NCBI GenBank assembly: GCA_023213395.1
Contig: CM041465.1
Location: 129,587,741 to 129,651,740, forward strand
Length of the DNA: 64,000 nt
Direction of reading: 5' to 3'
Source of the DNA: Cycas panzhihuaensis
Lineage: Eukaryota > Plantae > Cycadophyta
Of the stretch, positions 26,097 to 38,062 are shown piece after piece. The notes under the pieces were generated by a model that ran no database searches, was not told the origin of the DNA, and worked only from the letters and a program-made list of their open reading frames with translations. The position numbers and the translations under genes were made by a program. How positions within the stretch are numbered: position 1 is the first letter of the stretch; the number at the start of each line of letters is the position of its first letter.

Positions 26097-29000
26097 TGTT
26101 AAACCTTATGTTTACATGTTTAAGCTAATGTACTTTATCATTGTTGTATTATTGTACTTATGGGGTGACTTATCACTTAAGTGATAAAGTGCACACCCGC
26201 ATTCTTTTTTAGTGACATGACATTGTGGCTTAATGGTCAAACTGACGCTTATGTACTTTTGCTCACTTGAGAGCCCAAAGGACACATGTCGGATGTTTGA
26301 CAGTTGTCAAACATCCAACACCTTAGGTCTCTCCTCCAACTCTATATATATTGAGACCAATTCTCATGTATCTCATATGGAGTGTAACACTGTTATGCTG
26401 CCAGTTTGCTATTCAAGCTATCATTCATATTTGAAGATTGGACCAATTCCATCTCCTCCATATTGATATTGTTTTGCTTATGCTTGTTTATGATTATGCT
26501 TTGCTATCTTTCTCATTTCAATATTTCCTCACCTAGATGCTAAACATCTCACTTCATGAGTAGATTGTTACTCCTTTTTATATCCTATTTCTTGTAGGCT
26601 GAATGCCCTTTCTAACATTTGGTATTAGAGCAATTGAAATGTGTCTTTCTGCTCTATTTTTTTCTTGATCTAGTGAGGTTTTTCAAACCCTTGGTGACGA
26701 CCTTCACACTCTGAAGGCGATCAAAGGCCTATTTGACTGATTTTTTGTAGATTTAAGCATTCTATGGCTATTTACAGGTTGTGGATTATCTATTTCATGT
26801 TTTGAATTTTTTTTTAATATATCTTGTTGGGTGCAATACTATTTGCTGTTACAAACAGTGATTACTTTTGAAAAATAAATTATTTTGTTGAAGTGTTTCT
26901 CTCAAATTTGCAAAAGGTAGAGAGATCAAACTCAAATCTGCCCACTTGAGGCCAAAAGATCTCACTCTGTCTTAGATCTACTTATTGAGAACAAGGAGTT
27001 TGTTGTTACAAACCCTTATTGGGTGCCCCTTGTTGAAATCCACTCTCTGCAGTGGAAACTCTTCTAAGTTTATTGTTGGTTGTCCTTCTTTTGTTTATTG
27101 AGTAGTGCCTGAATAGTCCTCCTTAGCTCTTGCCTGTGTCTAACTGTTGGGCGTCACTTGACATTAGGTGGCTTTAAAATTCAAGTGCAACACTTCATAC
27201 TGAGTTCTGCTCCTCTCTGGAGATTGGACTGATCCTCAACGGGTCCCACGTCACCTCCCATGTGATCGAATGTCACTCTAATTGTTGCGTAGCTCTCTCC
27301 GTCCACAACTGTCCGTGCGCCTCTCAACACAATCGAACGACCCGCGCTCACTCTATGCAAGGTGAAATCCATCAAAGCACCCCTGAATTCCATCGTACGG
27401 TAATTGCAAAGCAAGATCCAGTGCCATTTTCTCGATTGGATTGATTGATCAAAAGAAATTTCGATATGTTCAATCAATTTATCCGTCGCAGGTGTGCTGT
27501 CGTAATTGAAGTTTTGAAAAAATTTCAAATTTCACATTTACATTATAACTTTAGGTTATACAAATAAGAATATTCTTCTTTTAATCTTTTCATTTACCTA
27601 AAGTTTCTTTTTTAAGTGTCATTCAAATGATATTTAATCATTAAATGACCTTTGTACTCACTTTTATTTATCTTTGTTGGATATAATGTTTTATCTAGAG
27701 ACCCACTTTGTATGTAACTTAAGACACTCACCATTTGGACACGTGTCAGTTAGACATGTAGATGTTACATTTAGTTCCAAAGGAGTTACAACTCCAACTT
27801 GTATAAATTTCCATTCAGTTGATCAATAAGTATTGAACCATTGAGTTCTATTCATCTGTGTCTTAGAATTCTATCATGGTATCAAAGCAGGTCATCTTGT
27901 CTGATTGAGAGAGGGTTGTGCCAGTGATTCAAGTTGTGTCCAAGCAAGATAGAGTTAGAATAACTATGTGAAAGACTGAAGAAGTTCAGAAGGCAAGAAG
28001 GAGGCAGCTGAAAGCCCACCCGTAATCAAAACAAAGGAGAGAAGAATTTTGACTGTATGCGGACACGATGCAGAACCGTCTGAGACAAAAATCGAAGTGC
28101 TCAGAATGAGCTGAAATTTGGCCAAAAGGTAGATCAGACCATCCTCGTCATCTTTCTCTCGCACGAAGTCATCAGGAGCCGTTTCGAAGGGGTTTTACCC
28201 AGTTTTCAGAAGGGCGTGGGTCTTGAGACATAGGTACCCAAAATCCTTAGTTTTCTCTCGATTTTCTCTCTGAAAACGTTCATAAACTCTCTGTATACTC
28301 TGTACGCCCCCATTGTGACTGATTTTGACCGATTTAAATGAGTGATTTGATTGATATGAGCATTTTTCTCAAAAAAACCTAGCCGCCAAGATTGCTTTTC
28401 AGGCTGTTTTTCTCCCAAACCAGGGACTGCCTTAGAAAAATAATTTCAGATCTGGAATCCTCTCGCCTCCAGCTTTCTTTTGAGGTATAGTTTGCCTTCA
28501 TCCGTACACCTTCCGTACCGTACAAAAGTCCGTACCGTTGTACGTCCTAGGACGTCTGCAACTTGTTTTTTGTGTCCATAATGTCTTCTTCTATCTTGGC
28601 TCTCTCTGATTCAGACAAGCTCACTGATAACAACTACCATATATGGAAAATCAAAATAGAAACCCTTCCGAGAGCCAAAAATGCTTGGCAAATAGCTCTT
28701 GAAAAGGAAGACAAGCCTAAAACAATTTGGGCGGATCTAACAAGTCTGGGAAGAGCAGGATAGTGCTAGAGTAATAGTGCTTAAGTTATCCATTTCGACT
28801 CGCTACTTGTGTATGTGGAAAACTTAACCACTCTGCTGAAATGGAAGTGCTTTGAGAAATTGTATGGTCAAAAGAATAAAGCTAGAATAGTGGCACTCAA
28901 GGAGGAATTATTTAAGATACACATGAAAGAAACTGAAACTGTGATTGAATTCATGCACAAAGTCATATCCTTGCAGAATGATCTACTTAGTGCAGGATCT

Positions 29001-32000
29001 GCAATTTCGATTCGAATGGTTGAAATGATAGCCAGTAAATTGCCTAAATCCTTCGATGTCACAATTAACACTATTACAAATAATGATCAGATAGCAACAA
29101 TGACATTGGACACACTCACAGGACTACTCCTAAGGCAGGAACAAAGAAATAGAAGATATGAAGACTCTGCAGAACTTGAAGATGCCTTTGTATCCAGACC
29201 AAATCTGGGAACCAGGGGAAGAAGCAGAGGACGAGGAAGGGCTCCAGAGTTCAGAGCCCAGTCACGAGGAAGATGGCAAGATTCGCGAGGAAGAGGACGC
29301 ATCTCAGCGCCAAGACTGTGCTACAACTGTGATAAGACCGGTCATTTTGCAAGTTCCTGTAGAGCATTTGACCTATGTTATCATTGTGGCCAAGCAAGAC
29401 ACTTTCCATACCAATGCCCAACTAGGAGAGCTGACATTCAGAAAGGTAAAAGACCCATGGGCAATTACAACAAGGAACAAAATGAAGAAGAAGAGGAGGA
29501 GATCGCATTCATCGTTGCTCTTGCCGCATCTCTCCAAGATAAAGACCTGTGGTACATCGACTCAGGAGCATCGCGTCACATGACCAGCCGGGAGGAGTGG
29601 TTCAAACCTTGCGACCTTATGCCTCGGACAAATCATGGAGCTAGGGGATAAATATCCCTCAACATCAAGGGTGTAGGAACCATTCTCAGAGAACCGCAAG
29701 GTAGCATCAAAAATTGGAAATGTGTTGTTAGTTCGACATAAAGATGAATCTTCCGTGTATCCCAACTTGGAAAAAAGGGTCCGAGAACTGCTTTGATGAA
29801 AAGGATATTGTTATATCCTTGACATGAAAAATAATGGCCATGTAATTGCAAAGGGGATAGAAAGTAATGACCAGTATAGATTGCTTTCATATCCCATCAC
29901 CGCATGTTGTAAAAGCACGCACTGCTGTAAATCATAATGACAAAATGTGGCATTTCAAGTATGGACACCTTCCATTAGACAAATTAAAAAAAATGAAAAA
30001 GGAAGGTTTAGTTGATGGACTCCCATCAATCACTTCAGATAATTTTGTATGTAAAAGTTGCTAATCAGGGAAGCAGCAAAGATTGCCCTTCAAGGAAAGC
30101 AAATGGCGAGCCCAAAAGAAACTAGAACTTATTCACACTGATATATGTGGACCGCTCACTCCGCACTCCATCAACGGATGAAGATACTAAGGTATTTGAA
30201 GGGAACAACAGAACTAAAGTTGACATATCCAAAGGAGAATACAACTCAGTTAATCGGATACTGTGACTCAAATTGGGCAGGTGACAAGGAACAAAGAAAA
30301 TCCACCAGTGGACATTGCTTCTTCCTTGGATCAGCTCCTATCTCCTGGAGCAGTAAGAAGCAAGCCACTGTGGCCCTATCATCCACAGAAGTAGAGTACA
30401 AGTCAGCTGTCAGTGCCACCACAGAAGCAGTTTGGTTGAGGTAACTTCTTCAGGATCTAAATCTATCTCAACAAGAAGCCACTATACTCCATTGTGACAA
30501 TCAGAGTGCAATCAAGATTGCAAAGAACCCAGTACTGCATGCCAGAACAAAACACATTGAGGTGCATCAACACTTCATCCGAGAAAAGATTCAAAGTAAG
30601 GAAATCAATCTTGTGTACTGCCCAACTTCAGATCAAGTGGCTGACATTCTGACCAAGCCTTTGGGCAAAGACAAATTTCAAATTATCAGAGAGAAAATAG
30701 GATTAACTGGATAAAACATTAAGAGAGGGTGTTGGATATAATGTTTTATCTAGAGACCCACTTTGTATGTAACTTAAGACACTCACCACTTGGACACGTG
30801 TCAGTTAGACATGTAGTGGTTACATTTAGTTCCAAAGGAGTTACAACTCCAACTTGTATAAATTTCCATTCAGTTGATCAATAAGTATTGAACCATTCAG
30901 TTCTATTCATCTGTGTCTTAGAATTCTATCAATCTTTTGAGTTCACTACACATTTAGAAAAATTTGCATGTGTGATAAGTGACTCAAACAAGTGATTTTA
31001 AGCCCTTTTTATCATCATTCAGTGAAAATTTTCACTATTTTAATGTTTTTCCTAAGGCTTCTTGCATGGTGACCACCTTGCCCTAGTAAAAAAGGAGCCA
31101 AAAAAAAAAACACTTTTTAATAAAAATCACTTGTTTTTTTAGAGGCTGGTTAGGACTATTTAATGTCCTAACACATTGGAGTTCTTGTCTACTCTTGCAA
31201 AGAGACTTATTTTTTATCATTAAGTGGTCGTTTTCTTATTAAACGGAACCCACTTGCAGCACCACATCAAGCAAAGTTCATTTTTTACTTGGTTTTTTTT
31301 TAACACTTTTTGTTATTTTAAGTGTTTTGTAAAACACTCAATGTGTTGTTTTTGATGTACTTAGTTGCTTCTCCTTGGAGCCTTATTTATAAGTTGTTTA
31401 TAAAGCATTTATAGCAAGAATATCATCCAAGTAAAAATCTACTTATAGTCAACTCAAACTTCATAAAAATTGACTTTAAAATCTTGTGGGAGATGCTAAA
31501 ATAAGGTTAAGTCCTTGCCTCTAAAATAACCTTAAGCTTGGTGCATTCCTAAGGGGATCAACCGACCGTATGGTTAGTGTACGACAATTGAGGTTTCTTG
31601 AGGAAAAGGAGGTTCAAAAAGGGTGTTATTGGGGTTATGAATCCCAGGGAAAACATTGTATGTCCATGCAGATCAATCCTACCTACTTTGTTCTAGATTT
31701 GACTTGGTCAACTGTTGGATTTCTTTATAGATCAGAATTGGACCAACTCTATAGCTTAGTCCTTCACCCCTGATCATTCTCTTCAGTTGTTGGATCTTTT
31801 AGTAAGATCAGGACTATTGGCTTATTAGAAGGTGGAACTTGAGTGACAACAACTTAGAGTCTCCAAGTTCATCTACTAGCTTCAAGAGTTTTTTCAACTT
31901 CGACATGGCTGCTATTAACATGCTTAATGCATGCACCATAAAATTAACCAAATAAGATAATTATTAGGAATAGAAGCGTCAAACACAAAATCTTTTGATT

Positions 32001-35000
32001 ATGAACAAATTTTGGGCATATGTTTTTGGAAGGATCTCCAAACCTGTACTTGTGCAAAGTGAAGTTGATAAAAATGCTGTTATCTAGCCTGATCTAGTTA
32101 TTGTTGCTGCTTGAGAAGCTAAGGATGAAATAGCCTTAGCCTTTTTGCATATGATTGTTGATGTCAATGTAAATCAGAATATTGCTTGTGCTAAAACATC
32201 TAAGGAAGCATGGGACACTTTGTCCTCTTTGTATGAAAGGTGAGATGAAGCTCGCATAATGATGATTGAGGCCAAATTGTACTCTTTGAAATTTGTGAAG
32301 CCAATGTTGGCATTCTTTTCTTCAATCAAAGAGATATATAATGAGTTAAATACTCTAGGCAAACCTGCTTCCAGGGCTGAGCTTGTAATGACAACTTTGC
32401 ATGTGTTGCCCAAAGATTATAATGGATTTATTTCATCTATTACACGAGATGGTTCACTTGCTTTAGTAACTTTCAATCAACTTGAAAGTTTACTTTTTTA
32501 AGAGGAACAAATTTACATAGGGGAGGATGAAGAGTTATCTACATCAGGAGCGTTTACAACCAAGCTAAAAGCTAAACAGGGTTCCAAACCTTCACTACAC
32601 GAACAATTTAGAAACATGAACATTGGCTCATCAAAGCCCAATGTGATATGTCATTATTGTGGCAAAGTAGGCCACATAACTCCTAAATACAGAGAAAAGT
32701 AAGTAGATCTACAATAGTCTCACCAACAACAGCCATGTCAATAGTAGACACGACATCAACAGCCTCGTCAACAATTCGAGCAACAGTAGCACTTCCAGTA
32801 ATAGCAACAACCCCCTCAACCAAATCGAGGTGCTTATCGAGGAGGTGAAAGAGGAAGGTGGGGGGGTTTCAGAGGTGGCAATCAGCGCCACACAAACTAA
32901 TTTGTAGATGAAGATAAGCTATTTTGTGCTTATCATAATTCAGAAGCCGATCACACATGGATCATAGGTTCAGGGGCAGCTCGTCATATGATAGGTAGTG
33001 AAGAACTCCTATATGACATCAAAGAAGGAGGCGACCAATCAGTCACATTTAGCAACAACGAATCTATTAGGATTTCAGGTATAAGGAAAATTGGCTCTTT
33101 TCACTCAGTAGCCAATCTTGTTTCCACATTTCACACTGGAGATGCTTATCTTATTCTTTCAATGGAGAAGCGTTTGTTATTTGTTAGTCAACTCGACAGA
33201 CAATAGATGAGCATTTTGTTTAAAAGTGGGAAGTGCATCATTAGTGACAAGTATGATCAGGTGGTAGTCATTGGTCATGAAGATCATGGACTTCCCAAAA
33301 TGGATGCAACTAATATCACACTTGATACTCCATACTATGTCACACAAAGCATGTCAAAGATTCAACTTTGGCATCAACATCTAGACCACTTGAGCTTAGA
33401 TAATATCAAGATGATGGTCACAAAGAACATGGTGCATGGACTTCCAAGGCTATATGGTTCAAAGTGTTTTTGTGAAGCTTGTATTATGGGGACTCAGCAT
33501 CGACAACCTTTTCCTAAAGGCAATTCATGGTGTGCATTTCAACCCTTGCAGTTGATCCACTCAGATTTATGTGGACCCATGTCCACAACATCTTTTGGAG
33601 GAGCATTGTACTACATTTCTTTCATAGATGACTTTTCACATAAAGTTTGGGTCTATTTCATTAGGTAGAAATCTGATGCATTTCAAAGGTCTATTTCATT
33701 AGGTAGAAATCTGATGCATTTTAAAAATTCAAAGAATTCAAGCTAGAAGTGTAAAATGAATCTGGTTATTCAATCAAGATTCTAACATCGGATAATGGAG
33801 GTGAATTTACCTCAAAGGAGTTCATCTAATTTTGTAAGGACAATGGAATTCAGAGACAACTCACTAGTCCACATACTCAACAAAATAGAGTTTCAAAGCG
33901 AATGAACGAGACTTTGGCAAATAAATCCAAAGCCATGATGCATGCTAAAGGACTGCCTTGAGTATATTAGGCAGAAGCATTCCACACAGCTACCTATGTG
34001 GCAAATAGGAGTTCTACATCTACAGTCACCAACATCACATTAGAGGATTCTTGGTCTAGCAAAATGCCAACTGTTAGCCATTTGAGGACCTTTAGGTGCA
34101 TTGCATATATGCATTATCCCCAATCAACAAAGTTCAAAGTTAGATAAAAATAGTTTCAAATATATTGTTGTAGGCTATGCAATTCACAACAAGGCATACA
34201 AATTGTATGATCCCATTGCTAGGAAAATGCATCTCTCAAGAGATGTTATCTTTGTTGAAGAAGGTCATAAGGAGTTGAATTTGGTAGAATCGCCTAAACA
34301 CAAACAGGCAATCGGTTGCAAATGGGTTTACAAAACCAAATTCCATTCTGATGGTACACTTTAGTGCCAAAAGGCACGACTTGTTGTGAAGGGTTTTAAA
34401 CAGAAAGAAGGCATTGATTATGAGAAGACCTTTGCACCTGTTGCAAATATGAACACCATCAGAATCATCTTGACCTTGGCTGCTCAATGTAAATGGCAAA
34501 TTTATCAGATGGACGTGAAGAGCACCTTCCTCAACAACGATCTTCGAGAGGAGATATATTTGGAGCAACCTCCTAGATACAAAATACAAGGCAAAGAACA
34601 TCTTGTTTGTTGCATCAAAAAGGCATTGCATGGCTTGAAACAAGCCCCAAGAGCATGGTAATAAAACATTGATGACTATTTCTTGAGACATGGATATCAT
34701 TGATCCACATTAGATCCTAACTTATACATTAAAGTTGGGAAGGACAATGCTATTTTTATTGTCTTGTATGTTGATGACTTAGTGATCATAGGAAATAACA
34801 CTAAGATGATTGAGATTCTCCAAGGTGACCTTAAGAGAAGTTTTGAGATGACAGATCTTGGACTTCTCCATTATTGTTTAGGCTTAGAAGTATGGCAACA
34901 ACTAGGTCATCTCTTCATATCCCAAGCAAAATACTCTTGGGACATTTTGCAGTGGTTCAGAATGCAAGACTACAAACCAGTGCCTACACCAATGGAGAAT

Positions 35001-36247
35001 GGAACAAAACTGTCTCTCAATGAGGAAGCCGAACCTGCAAATCCCACTCTATTTCGACAACTAGTTGGTAGCCTAATCTACTTCACCAACATTAGATCGA
35101 ACATCTCATTTGTTGTAGGGATTTGTTCTAGATACATGTCTCAGCCAAATCAGAAGCATTGGAATCGAACTAAACGTATATTAAGATACATCAAAGGCAC
35201 ATTGTAGCATGGCCTTCAGTATGTTCATAATGAGAACTTCATCTTGGAAGGGTTCTTACATTTTGATTGGGCAGGATGCCAAGATAGCTGCAGATCAACC
35301 TCAGGCCATTGCTTTACCCTTGGTTCAGGAGTTATTTCGTGGAGTTGCAAGAAGCAACCAAATGTTACCTTGTCATTCATGGAAGTAGAGTACAAAACTG
35401 CTGTCAGCGTAGCTTGTAAGGCTATTTGGATCAGATGGATTCTTGGAGAACTTGGACTTGAGCCACCAGACTATATTGAGACAATCCGAGTGTGTTCAAG
35501 TTAACCAAGAATCCTATTTTTCATGCACAGACAAAGCACATAGAGGTTCATCACCATTTCATCAGAGAACATGTTAAAAAAGGTGAGATTAACTCTACTA
35601 CAGACCTATAGAGCAGTAAACAATAGATATCTTTACCAAGCCACTTGGTAGAGAAAAGCGTATAAAATTTAGAGATAGTCTAGGTGTTTGACTTAACATT
35701 ATAAATAGTAAGGGGGGGGTGTTAAACCTTATGTTTATATGTTAAGCTAATGTGCTTTATCAATGTTGTATTATTGTACTTTATGGGGTGAATTATCATT
35801 TAAGTGATAAAGTGCACACCCACATTCTTTCCTAGTGACATGACATTGTGACTTAAGAGTCAAAGTGATCCGTATGCACTTTTGTTCACTTGAGAGCCCA
35901 AAGGATATATGTACTACATGGAAGAGGTGTTGCTTGGATGTTTGACACTTGTCAAACATCCAACACCTTGGGTCTCTCTTCCAACTCTATATATTGAGAC
36001 CAATTCTCATGTATCTCATATGGAGTGTGAGTAACACTGTTATATTGCTAATTTGCTAATCAAGCTATCATTCATATTTGGAGATTGGACCAATTCCATC
36101 TCCTCCATATTGGTATTATTGTAGCTTAAGTTTTGTTATCTTGCTCATTTTAATATTTCTTCACTTAAATGCTAATCGTCTCACTTCATTAGTAGATTGT
36201 TACTTTTCTAGATCCTATTTCTTGTAGGTTGAATGCCCTTTCTAACA
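26097..36247 (+). mobile_element. Ty1/Copia element B (LTRs 26097-26617 and 35720-36247), contains nested C
   Basis: Perfect TSD TTTAA, PBS TGGTATTAGAGC at 26620, G8 PPT. gag-pol about 31905-35690 with HSDLCGP, CKWVYK, LYVDDL. Integrase-RT linker missing near 34270; 38-bp duplication at about 33649-33724. Confidence 0.95.
27675..30931 (+). mobile_element. Ty1/Copia element C, internally deleted (202-bp LTRs 27675-27876 and 30730-30931)
   Basis: LTRs differ at 4/202 positions, perfect TSD ATCTT, PBS TGGTATCAAAGC. gag with two CCHC knuckles and WYIDSGASRHM protease; HTDICGP is joined directly to KILRYLKGT at about 30180. Confidence 0.95.
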
Positions 36248-36423
36248 TTTAAGTGACTCAAATATCTTGTTTGCTTGTGTGCTCCAGTTGAAGGTGTTTT
36301 TCTTCAATAAGATTGTCAAAGTATGGTTAAGTTGGCCTAATCTTTGACAAAACATTTATAAAATTTGCTTAAACTTAAGAATCCTCTTAGTTTGAATATG
36401 TTTTTGGGAATTGGGTAGTTTAA
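36248..36423 (-). mobile_element. Chromovirus Gypsy fragment 3: RT C-terminal part
   Basis: Minus strand reads NYPIPKNIFKLRGFLSLSKFYKCFVKD...NWSTQANKIFESLK. Confidence 0.8.
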
Positions 36424-37037
36424 TGTGAGGGAAAAAGTTAAGCACCATATGTAAAACGAGGAGGAAAAACACCAATATATGCAGTAGAATTAGTGTACTA
36501 GCCAAAGAATAATTGGTATTCAATGACTAAGAGTTTCAACATAGACGTATATATATAGGTTTATGCTTGTTCATGTTGGACACTTGTTAACCACACTAGA
36601 AGTATCCAACTAACCTACACAAAGAATTATAACTCATGTCATCAAATCTTAACCCTATACAGTATAATGATGTATAATAAAATAGCATATAATACATTAA
36701 ACATTAATTAACTCTAATGCTTCTCCCAAATCTTTACTTCGTTGGCTTTCACACCAAGATCACCTTTGAACTTTTTAAATTTCTTTCGTGCTAGTGTTAC
36801 GGTGAAGATATTTGCCAACTTTTTATTTATATGCCTATAGACCATTTTGGATTTACTTCCTAATAAAGTGATGATGAACCTTTATGTGTTTGGTGCACAT
36901 GCATCAAACACAAGGTTCTTGACTATCTTCAATGTACTTTGATTGTCACATATAACTTTGTGGCATCTTCTTCATGAAGTGTGTGTGGGCGCTAATGATA
37001 CAATTTTGTAAAGGATTTTCATTTTTGGAATATGATT

Positions 37038-37457
37038 AAATTGTGGTTAGTGGTTGGGATTGCAAGTGGATTGTAGTTTGGGCCGGGGTCGCGAGGAGAT
37101 CGTGGTTTGGGTCGGGAACGCGAGCAAATTGTGGTTCAGGTCGAGATTGCGAGCAGATTGCAGTTCGAGTTGAGATCGCGAACAGATCGTGGTTCGGGTC
37201 GAGATTGCGAGCAGATTGCAGTTCAAGTCGGGATTGCGAGCATATTACAGTTCGAGTTAGGATTGCGAGTAGATTGTAGTTCTGGCGCGGATTGTGAGTA
37301 GATCGTGGTTCGGATCGGAATTGCGAACAGATCATGGTTCGGGCCAAGATTGCGAGCAGATTGTAGATGGGACCAAGATTGCGAGCAGATCATGGTTCAG
37401 GCTAGGACTGCAAGCAGATCACAGTTTGGGTCAAGGTTGCGAGCAAATCGCAGTCAC
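37038..37457 (+). repeat. 29-bp tandem array in 5' LTR of E (about 14 units)
   Basis: Consensus GCGAGCAGAT(CGTGG/TGCAG)TTCGGGTCGAGATT. Confidence 0.9.
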
Positions 37458-37868
37458 CTGCAAGTACAAGTTGATCGTAGAATACAATTATGAACAAATT
37501 GTAATTTAAGGTTACGATATGTTAATAATCCTTTTTGAACACATCGGTGGACTAACTGTTGTGTCAATTGTAACTTATAATGGTTGAGACCATTGGAAAT
37601 TATGAGGATGTAATGGCAAAAGGGAAGGGATGATGTAACTGTAGGTAGATAGAGAAGTATAGGTTTATAATTGTAAATCTTTGGTGTAAGCTTGATTAAG
37701 CCGTCGACTTTCAATGTACTACTGAGCCTGCGCTTGGTTGTAAGAGGACTAGACGCAATTCCCTATCTTAATGATATTATGTTTTGTATCATATTGGTGT
37801 CCTTTGTGCTTGCCTTATTCATTGAAGAGCGTCTTGGCGAATGAATAGGTGCACGACACAACACACAT

Positions 37869-37881
37869 TGGTTCCGTTGCC
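37869..37881 (+). promoter_or_regulatory. Primer binding site, tRNA-Glu-like
   Basis: TGGTTCCGTTGCC, 1 nt after the LTR, is complementary to GGCAACGGAACCA, which I recall as a plant tRNA-Glu 3' end. Confidence 0.65.
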
Positions 37882-38062
37882 TAATGAAATTCGAACGACT
37901 CAAAATTATTAGAATGGATAGAGCCACGTAAATAACAGGACCTCTTCCATGCCACCTAGGGTAGAAAAGGAATTATGAAAGGAACGCGGAGAGTGTTGGG
38001 AGAATGATAGACTTCAGATTGGAGTAAGAAAGTCGAGATTCATAATTACGCCAAGGAAGCAA

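Noticed and set aside
27181-27528. 115-aa antisense ORF in a GC-rich patch of the Copia B 5' UTR
   Set aside because: No recognisable motifs; length is plausible by chance at this GC content.
37038-37457. CRISPR-like array (29-bp palindromic repeats)
   Set aside because: Units are head-to-tail with no unique spacers, lie inside both LTRs of a plant retrotransposon, and no cas genes are present.
37036-37509. Repetitive ORFs on both strands (also 46259-46865)
   Set aside because: By-products of the 29-bp LTR array.
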